Positions 8,298 through 15,143 of a stretch of DNA of 64,000 bases are shown here, in pieces; the stretch's first letter is position 1, and every line of letters begins with the position of its first letter. The translations under genes and the position numbers were made by a program. Source of the stretch: Thermoplasmata archaeon (GTDB lineage: Archaea; Thermoplasmatota; Thermoplasmata; Lutacidiplasmatales; UBA184); the NCBI GenBank assembly GCA_021827405.1, contig JAKAVY010000002.1, positions 12,464-76,463 of the forward strand. Reading direction: 5' to 3'. The notes under the pieces were generated by a model. It was given only the letters and a program-made list of their open reading frames with translations, was not told the DNA's origin and did no database searches.

Positions 8298-9940
8298 GCC
8301 CGCCTGCCCAGGAAGGAGAGGAGACCCCCCTTCCCCCTGTGGGGACCCGCCCCCCGCTCCCGGTGGACCGGAACCGTCCGGACCGGGTCGAGGAAGAGAG
8401 GACCCTGGGCGCGTTAGGAGCCGGCCCGGTGACCTGGTTGGAGGGCGAAGGCCTGTGGGCCCTGTCCGTAGACCCCGAGCGATGGCCGGCCATCTGCCGT
8501 TGCATATCCGAGGTGATGCACCACCCGCTCTCCACCCTCTTCGGCGAGGAGGCCCACGGGGGGATCCGGCTGCACGCGCTGTTCCTCGGCCACGACCCCA
8601 CTCCCGGGGTCCATGTCCGCTGTCCGCTGCACCCCGGCGTACTCTCAGCTCCTTCCCTCGCAGCCACCATCCCCTTCGTGGCCCCCTTCGAACGGGAGGT
8701 GGCGGAGATGTTCGGTGTCACCTTCCTAGGGGCCATGGACCGTCGACCGCTTCTCCTGCACGAGAGACACTCGGCCCCACCCCTGCGAAAAGGCCCTCCG
8801 GCCACCCCCACGGGTGAGCTGGAACCCTACGTCTTCCCGCCGGTGGAAGGGGAAGGGGTCTACGAGATCCCCGTGGGTCCGGTACATGCCGGCGTCATCG
8901 AGCCCGGCCACTTCCGTTTCCAGGCCGTGGGGGAGGAGATCCTCGATCTCGAGGTCCGCCTCGGGTACACCCACAAGGGCACGGAGCGCCTCTTCGAGGG
9001 GCAGCCGGTGGCCCGGGGCACCCTCTGGGCGGAGTCCATCTCCGGGGACATGTCCGTTGCGGGGGGAGTCGCCTACGCGCACGCGGCCGAACGGGCCCTG
9101 GACTCCCGGGTTCCGGCGGTCACGGAGGCCGCGCGCGGGCTCCTGCTGGAGCTGGAACGCATCGCGTTCCTCTGCGGAGACGTTGCGGGGATCTCCCTGG
9201 ATGTGGGCTACGCGGTGGGGGCGGCACGGGCCAACCGCCTCCGGGAACGGACCTACGCCGGGCTCCGGTCCCTCACCGGCTCCCGCCTGGGGCGCGCCAT
9301 CGTGGGAGTGGGCGGATTCCGCCGGCCACTCGTGCTGGGCGACCCGGCCGAACTGATCCTGACCCTTCGGGAGACCTCGGCCCGTATCCAGGCCCTCCGG
9401 GACCATCTTCTGGACAAGTCTTCGGTGGTGGACCGGCTCCAGGGAACCGGGATCATTCACCGGTGGACCGCCGAGCTGCTGCATTTCCTCGGACCTACCG
9501 CCCGGGCCTCCGGGCTCAGGATCGACCTCAGGGTGGACCGTCCGTACGGGCCGTACCGAGACGTGGAGGTCCATGTCCCGCGCGGTCTCCAGGGGGATGT
9601 GCAGGATCGCCTCACCGTCAAGGTCGACGAGGTGGTGGAGGCTTGCCGCCTTTCCGAGACCTTCCTAGGCCGCCTCGGGCAAGGGATCCCCCCGGCGCCT
9701 GCCACGCCTCCGCCCCCCGGGGAACCGCGCGAGGGACTCGGCTGGGTGGAATCCCCGCGCGGCGAGTTCCTCGTCTACCTCGCGCTCGCTCCTGACGGTA
9801 CCTTGGGACGGGTCCATGTCCGGGACCCCTCGTTCCTCACGTGGCCCGCCATCGAACAGGCCGTCCGAGGGAACATCGTCCCGGACTTTCCCCTGTGCAA
9901 CAAGAGCCTGAACCTCTCGTATTCGGGGTACGACCGATGA
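8294..9940 (+). CDS. NuoC-NuoD fusion / [NiFe]-hydrogenase large-subunit homolog (HycE/HyfG-like) lacking the NiFe-binding cysteines (Ehr-type)
   Basis: N-terminal NuoC-like domain (EREVAEMFGVTFLGAMDRRPLLL). NuoD/HycE-like core (PVGPVHAGVIEPGHFRF). The L1 motif RxCGxCxxxH is replaced by SISGDMSVAGG. The C-terminal DPCxxCxxR is replaced by DFPLCNKSLNLSYSGYDR. ATGA overlap at 8294-8297. The 908-aa track ORF is an upstream read-through. Confidence 0.85.
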   Translation: MSPPAQEGEETPLPPVGTRPPLPVDRNRPDRVEEERTLGALGAGPVTWLEGEGLWALSVDPERWPAICRCISEVMHHPLSTLFGEEAHGGIRLHALFLGHDPTPGVHVRCPLHPGVLSAPSLAATIPFVAPFEREVAEMFGVTFLGAMDRRPLLLHERHSAPPLRKGPPATPTGELEPYVFPPVEGEGVYEIPVGPVHAGVIEPGHFRFQAVGEEILDLEVRLGYTHKGTERLFEGQPVARGTLWAESISGDMSVAGGVAYAHAAERALDSRVPAVTEAARGLLLELERIAFLCGDVAGISLDVGYAVGAARANRLRERTYAGLRSLTGSRLGRAIVGVGGFRRPLVLGDPAELILTLRETSARIQALRDHLLDKSSVVDRLQGTGIIHRWTAELLHFLGPTARASGLRIDLRVDRPYGPYRDVEVHVPRGLQGDVQDRLTVKVDEVVEACRLSETFLGRLGQGIPPAPATPPPPGEPREGLGWVESPRGEFLVYLALAPDGTLGRVHVRDPSFLTWPAIEQAVRGNIVPDFPLCNKSLNLSYSGYDR

Positions 9941-10803
9941 CGTCCCGCCCGGACCTGCGTACGGTTGTCTCTGCGGCGGCTCCCGCCGGCCGTTCGGCAC
10001 GGGATGAGAGCCAGACCCTCCGCTACCCCCTCGGACCCCTACCGGTCCTGCCACGTCCTTGGCGGACCCCCCGACACGATGCGGGGCGCTGTGACGGCAC
10101 CGGGGCCTGCGCGACGGCATGCCCCACCGGGGCTCTCGAGGTCACCAGCACCGGTGGCCAGGACCGGGTGACGCTGGACTACGGGAAGTGCCTCTTCTGC
10201 TCACTCTGCGTGGATGCGTGTCCCTCCGGGGCCATGACCTCCACCCCGTTCGAGGAGCTCTCCGTCCGCCGACGGGGGGACCTGATCGCTGTCCACCCGT
10301 CCGTTGCGTCGCTCAACCCCTCCGACGAGCTCAGGCGCGAGGTGGCCACAAGTGTGGGCCGCCTCTTCGCGGGGTCCCTATCGATCCGGGCGGTGGACGC
10401 GGGCAGTTGCAATGGCTGTGAGGTCGAGGTGGGAGCGCTCCTTTGGCCCCGGTACGACCTGGAACGGCTGGGGATCCACCTGGTGGCTTCGCCGCGACAC
10501 GCGGATGCCCTCTTGGTCACGGGCCCGGTCACGCGCAACATGCGCCAGGCACTGGAGAAGACCTATCGTGCCGTCCCTCCTCCTCGATTTGTGCTGGCCG
10601 TCGGAGCGTGCGGGATCTCCGGCGGGCCCTTCGCCGGTTCGGCCGAGGTAGAGGGGGGGGTGGACCGGGTACTTCCCGTCGAGGTCTACATCCCGGGGTG
10701 CCCTCCCTCGCCGGTGGCTCTGCTCCACGGGTTGTGGCTCGCCCTCGGCAAGGTCGAACAACGGATGGTCCGGGGGGAGTTCTCCTCAGGGATCCCACCG
10801 TAA
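9937..10803 (+). CDS. Fusion of 2x[4Fe-4S] ferredoxin (NuoI/HycF-like) and NuoB/HycG-like small subunit
   Basis: KCLFCSLCVDACP (canonical) plus an atypical RCDGTGACATACP. Then the NuoB signatures SCNGCE, GACGISGGPF and YIPGCPP. ATGA overlap at 9937-9940. Confidence 0.85.
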   Translation: MTSRPDLRTVVSAAAPAGRSARDESQTLRYPLGPLPVLPRPWRTPRHDAGRCDGTGACATACPTGALEVTSTGGQDRVTLDYGKCLFCSLCVDACPSGAMTSTPFEELSVRRRGDLIAVHPSVASLNPSDELRREVATSVGRLFAGSLSIRAVDAGSCNGCEVEVGALLWPRYDLERLGIHLVASPRHADALLVTGPVTRNMRQALEKTYRAVPPPRFVLAVGACGISGGPFAGSAEVEGGVDRVLPVEVYIPGCPPSPVALLHGLWLALGKVEQRMVRGEFSSGIPP

Positions 10804-11033
10804 AGTGCGCCAGGGGCCGTCTGCCGGTCCCGACGAAGGGCGCGGGGGGGCCGGCGGTCCTATGGGCGGGGGTCGCCAACCCGTCCGGGAGGAGATCGGC
10901 CCGATCGGGGCTGCGCCGCCACCGGGTCGGTCCTCGTGGGCCGGGAGCGGTCCCCGCCTTCCGCGCGGGTATTCGAAGGAAGCCTTCGCCCGTCCCCGGG
11001 TTCCTCCCGGGGGCGTAGATATATCCCCAACCG

Positions 11034-12158
11034 GTGCGCCAACACGTGGAGGATGCGCTCCGGCGTCTCAGAGAGCAGGTCCGGAGGGTGGACACGGAGC
11101 TCCAACGGGCGATCCGCCGTCGTCTGAGGCTCGCCTTGGCGATCGGGAAGGCCAAGCGTTCCCGAGGGCAACCGCTACGGGATTATTCGATCGAGAGGGA
11201 GGTGGTCCGTCGATGGCGTTCGGGGCTTAAGACGGCCGGGGTCCAGGGGGACCGGGCGGAGGATCTGGCCCGGTGGATGGTCGAAGAGTCTGTCCGTGTC
11301 CAGGACTCCCTCGGGCCAATCCCGGAAGTGAGGACGGCGGGCACCGACGCCCTTGTCATCGGCGGAGCCGGAGGCATGGGGACCTGGTTGGCAAGCTTTC
11401 TTCACGCCGTCGGTCACCGGGTGGCGATCCTGGATCCCGCCGCCGACGGGCCCTCCCATGCGGGCTTCCCGGTCCGGACCGACCTGCCGGATGCGGCCGC
11501 GGAAGCCGGCTTGGTGGCCGTGACAACCCCCATGAGGGTCGCCCCGGCCGTCTACCGGGAGCTCTGGCGAACGGGAACCAAGGCCGTGGTCTTCGATGTG
11601 CTGTCGGTAAAGGCGCCCCTCATCCCGTGGATCCGACGCGGCGTGAGGGAAGGGTTCCAAGTGGGCAGCATCCATCCGCTCTTCGGCCCGGCGGTCCGAT
11701 CCCTGACCGGACGAAACCTGCTCGTGGTGGATTGCGGCGTCCCGGAGGCGAACCGACGTATCGAGGGACTCTTCTCCAAGAGTTCGGTGAAGGTCTCTAG
11801 GATCCCGCTGCGTTACCATGACCCGTGGATGGCGGACGCGCTTGCCCTCCCCCATGCGGTCAGCCTGGCCTTCGGGCTCGCCCTCGGGCCGGGGCTTGGC
11901 ACCCGCGGGCCACGGTCGGACCGGGTCCCCACGTCCTTCCTTCGGCAGGCGGAAGCGGCCCGGGTGGTCAGCCGTGAGAACCCGGAGCTATCCTTCGACA
12001 TCCAGAGCTTGAATCCCCACGTGGCCCCGATGTACGCCCGGCTCGAGAAGAGTCTCCGCCAGCTCCGACGGGCGGCGGAGAAGGAGGACCCGATCGAATA
12101 TCGTCGGCTGATGCGCCGGGTCAGGGCCCGCTTTCCGGGGGAGTCCAGGTCCTCCTAG
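11034..12158 (+). CDS. tyrA: Bifunctional chorismate mutase / prephenate dehydrogenase (T-protein-like)
   Basis: N-terminal AroQ chorismate mutase helix pattern (RLREQVRRVDTELQRAIRRRLRLALAIGKAK). Rossmann motif LVIGGAGGMGTWLA plus a prephenate dehydrogenase core. Confidence 0.8.
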   Translation: MRQHVEDALRRLREQVRRVDTELQRAIRRRLRLALAIGKAKRSRGQPLRDYSIEREVVRRWRSGLKTAGVQGDRAEDLARWMVEESVRVQDSLGPIPEVRTAGTDALVIGGAGGMGTWLASFLHAVGHRVAILDPAADGPSHAGFPVRTDLPDAAAEAGLVAVTTPMRVAPAVYRELWRTGTKAVVFDVLSVKAPLIPWIRRGVREGFQVGSIHPLFGPAVRSLTGRNLLVVDCGVPEANRRIEGLFSKSSVKVSRIPLRYHDPWMADALALPHAVSLAFGLALGPGLGTRGPRSDRVPTSFLRQAEAARVVSRENPELSFDIQSLNPHVAPMYARLEKSLRQLRRAAEKEDPIEYRRLMRRVRARFPGESRSS

Positions 12159-12355
12159 CATGGGCTCGCCCGGGGTGGGATGGCCCCGGTGGGACCGAAG
12201 GGACCCTAAATCCTCCGGTGGTGGGAGGGAGAGTCATCTGGGGGTCCGTGCCTGGAGAGCCCGGGCAAACCGGCGGGAAGGGAAGCCGGGGACCCCTCAG
12301 TCCTCTCGGGATGCGGCCCGGGTGAACCCCGGAGAACCGTCCTCTATCCCGCACC

Positions 12356-13492
12356 TCAGGACCGGGTCGGATTGGAAATGCTCACCGAATGGATCGCGGG
12401 GAACTGGAAGGGTAGCTTCCCCCAGGTCTTCCCGGCGTTCGGGCTGAAGAAGAGCTGGCCCGTGGTGGTCCCCACGTAGATCCCAGGGGGGTCGAGCGCG
12501 TCCGTGGCGATCCCTTCCCGCTGGACCCCGAAATGCCCGGGGAAGGCCTTCGGGGAGAGTAGCTTCCGCCACTGACGGGTCTCGTCGTTCCACTCCTGCA
12601 CTTGGAAGTGCCCCTCTCCCGTCACCCGGGCCCGGCCGCTGAGGCGGACGAAGTAGGCCCGGCCGGGAGCGGAGGGCGGGGACGCCACCGCGAAGCCGAA
12701 GTCGTCTCCCAGCGGCTTCCCGATCCGGGTCCACCGGGCCATCCGGTCGTGGGAGACGTACATCCCTCCGTGGTCCTGCCGGTAGAACGTGTCCGGATCC
12801 GCGGTATCGATAGCCACGTGGTGGACGCACTGGCCGGTCTCCGGATTCTTTTCGGGTAGGAACGGGGTCAGCACGCCCCGGTTGGTCGGTGTCCAAGAGG
12901 CCCCGGCGTCCTCGGACCGGAAGGTCCCGACCGCCGAGAGCCCGATGTAGAGCCGCCGGGGGTCGCGAGGGTCCACCAAGATGGTGTGCAGGCAGGCCCC
13001 GCCGAAGCCCGGTGCCCAGTCCTTCTTGGCCGGGTGTTGGTTGATGCTGTCGATGGGTTCCCAGCTACCTCCGAGATCGGGGGAACGGAACAGCAGGTGG
13101 GGGTCGGCGCCCAGGTAGAGGGTGTCCGGCTCGCTCGGATGCCCGGGCTCGATGTGCCAAAGATTGTTGATCACCCGAGGGACCGCCGTCGACGGATTCA
13201 CCGGGTCCATCTCGAACTTCCGTGCCTTGCGTTCCGGAAGGAGAGGAGTGGCTACCTCCTTCCAGGTCTTCCCCCCGTTCCGGGAACGTTGGACCGTCGG
13301 CCCGAAGAAGATGTCATTCACCGCCGCGTAGAGGTCCCCTGGGTGCCGGGGATCGGCCACCACATGGTAGACCTCGTTCCCGGCATGGGCCACTGGGGCT
13401 ACCTGCCAGGTCTTCCGTCGGGCATTCCCCTCGACGACGTACGTCCCCTTTCGCGTCCCGACCAAGATCCGCAGTTTCTGGTCTTTTGTCAT
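12356..13492 (-). CDS. BNR/Asp-box repeat beta-propeller protein (sialidase/xyloglucanase-like fold), no signal peptide
   Basis: Repeated S-x-D-x-G-x-(T/S)-W Asp-box motifs (SRNGGKTWKEV, SPDLGGSWEPI, SEDAGASWTPT, SPNAGKTWGKL). Confidence 0.6.
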   Translation of the reverse strand: MTKDQKLRILVGTRKGTYVVEGNARRKTWQVAPVAHAGNEVYHVVADPRHPGDLYAAVNDIFFGPTVQRSRNGGKTWKEVATPLLPERKARKFEMDPVNPSTAVPRVINNLWHIEPGHPSEPDTLYLGADPHLLFRSPDLGGSWEPIDSINQHPAKKDWAPGFGGACLHTILVDPRDPRRLYIGLSAVGTFRSEDAGASWTPTNRGVLTPFLPEKNPETGQCVHHVAIDTADPDTFYRQDHGGMYVSHDRMARWTRIGKPLGDDFGFAVASPPSAPGRAYFVRLSGRARVTGEGHFQVQEWNDETRQWRKLLSPKAFPGHFGVQREGIATDALDPPGIYVGTTTGQLFFSPNAGKTWGKLPFQFPAIHSVSISNPTRS

Positions 13493-13506
13493 TTGGTCCT
13501 CCCTCC

Positions 13507-13776
13507 TCAGCCACCGGCGATCGAGTGAAGGATATGGATGGTACGAGCGCCGGTCAACGGGGTGGAAAGACCAGAGGTGCGGCTCACGTCCTCCCCGTCG
13601 ACGAAGACCCGAACGTACCGCCGCAGGCTGCCGGCCTCGTCCCGGACCTTGAAGCGGAAGCGGGGATAGCGTTCCTCCAAGGTGTCAAGGAGCTGGTCGA
13701 TGGATTCCGCCCCCACCGTTTCCCGGGCCGGAGGGCCGAACTCCCGAAGCCAACTGTCGAAGTGAACCTCTACCAT
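13507..13776 (-). CDS. MoaD/ThiS-family ubiquitin-like small protein (SAMP-like) with C-terminal Gly-Gly
   Basis: 90 aa ending ...ILHSIAGG. Beta-grasp length and composition. The upstream in-frame extension in the track ORF is low-complexity and was rejected. Confidence 0.55.
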   Translation of the reverse strand: MVEVHFDSWLREFGPPARETVGAESIDQLLDTLEERYPRFRFKVRDEAGSLRRYVRVFVDGEDVSRTSGLSTPLTGARTIHILHSIAGG

Positions 13777-14132
13777 AAGGGAATCCCACCCTCCGCTTCC
13801 GCCCGGGTTCCCGCGACTCGCAGGGAGCGAGCCACCCGATCGTCCTCCCCCGGAGGATCCCTTCGGACTGCTTCCCGGGTCCCGGGCGCGATTGGGTACC
13901 GCGTATCCCGGCCCGACCCGCGGGCGGACCAAAGCGCCCTCCCTCTCGGGGAACCCCCATCCAGCTCTGAGCCCTTCAGGGGGTTCGCAGAGGTGGCCAT
14001 CGGGTCTGCCCGAGGGACTACGACCGCCATATCGCTGTGGCCGTCTCCGTGGGTCGGACCGGTTGCCCGAATATCTACCCTCCTACGGCCCCGACCGAAC
14101 ACTTTAGTATCCATCCGAACCCTCCGCCATAG

Positions 14133-14933
14133 GTGTCCGAGACGGGACTTCCGGCCTTCCTTTTCGAGATTGCCTCGCACGAGCGGCTCGGGATCCTTCA
14201 TGCTCTTTCCGCGAGCTCCTTGCGGCACACCGAACTGGCGCGGAAGCTCTCCCTCACGGGATCCGAGGCGACCAGGCACCTGAACCGGTTGATGGAGACG
14301 GGGCTCATCACCCGGGACCCCGGGGGGAGTTACGCACTGACCCCGCTGGCCGAAGCCCTCCGGACGGGACTACCGTTCTGGGAGTTCCTGCTGAGCCACC
14401 GTTCCTACCTCGAGAGCCACCGGGTCACCGGGCTGCCCTTGCCGTTCGTGGAACGGCTGGGAGAACTCACCCTGGGACGCTTCATCGAGGGGACCTACCC
14501 GGTCGTGGCGGTCCAGGAACAAGAGCTCCGCCGGGCGGAGAGGCAGATCTGGGTGGTCACCGAGCAACGATTCGAACAGGCCGTGCCGATCCTCCGGGAA
14601 AGGGCCTCCCGGGGAGCGGACGTACGAGTGGTCCGCTCCTGGCCCCTCCTGGAACAGGAACGACGGGAAGGACGGGACATCGAGAGGAACTTCCCCCTCC
14701 GTACGCTCCGCGAAGTGAAGGTCTTCCTCGCGGTGTTGGACAACCAGGCCGGGTTGTGCCTTCCCACCCTGGACGGGAAGGTCGACATGGCCTCGATGCT
14801 TCTGATGACCGACCCCACCGGCTACCAATGGGCCCGGGAGCTGTTCTTGAGCCTCTGGGAAAAGGGGGAGGACCTTCGGGCCCCCGGTTCGAGGCCCCTC
14901 CGAGGGGGGCGGCGGGTCGACGGACCGCCCTGA
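14133..14933 (+). CDS. Winged-helix (ArsR-type) transcriptional regulator with archaeal-type C-terminal domain
   Basis: HTH region LGILHALSASSLRHTELARKLSLTGSEATRHLNRLMETGLITR, followed by a roughly 180-aa domain. Confidence 0.55.
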   Translation: MSETGLPAFLFEIASHERLGILHALSASSLRHTELARKLSLTGSEATRHLNRLMETGLITRDPGGSYALTPLAEALRTGLPFWEFLLSHRSYLESHRVTGLPLPFVERLGELTLGRFIEGTYPVVAVQEQELRRAERQIWVVTEQRFEQAVPILRERASRGADVRVVRSWPLLEQERREGRDIERNFPLRTLREVKVFLAVLDNQAGLCLPTLDGKVDMASMLLMTDPTGYQWARELFLSLWEKGEDLRAPGSRPLRGGRRVDGPP

Positions 14934-15054
14934 CCCGCGAACGAAGGGGTCCCTTCCAGGGATTGGGAGGTTGAAGCCGGGAGATCTCGCAAGGGGATAT
15001 CGTATCCATCCCCTCCTCGCGGATCCAAGGGCGGGGCCTGCGATTGATACGTAC

Positions 15055-15070
15055 AGATACAGATTAAATA
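15055..15070 (+). promoter_or_regulatory. Candidate archaeal TATA box (ATTAAATA) upstream of the surface-protein gene
   Basis: The only AT-rich octamer in an otherwise GC-rich 200-nt intergenic region, about 80 nt upstream of the ATG at 15144. Confidence 0.3.
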
Positions 15071-15143
15071 TCGGAGGGAGCCATGTGTTCAGTCTCCGGA
15101 GCGCGACGGCCGGCTCCCCCCGGGGGTCGGAACCAGAGGGAAC

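Noticed and set aside
7214-9940. 908-aa ORF in the track
   Set aside because: Its first ~360 codons overlap hyfF in another frame and are low-complexity Arg/Pro/Gly. The recognisable NuoC-like domain begins at the ATG at 8294, which also forms an ATGA overlap with the hyfF stop.
3126-10803. Calling the operon a formate hydrogenlyase / hydrogenase-4
   Set aside because: There are no NiFe ligands in the large subunit, no fdhF/hycB and no hyp/hycI maturation genes. A generic Hyf-like or Ehr-type complex is all the sequence supports.
13222-14283. 353-aa plus-strand ORF
   Set aside because: Overlaps the BNR-repeat and SAMP-like genes on the opposite strand; Ser/Arg/Pro low complexity.
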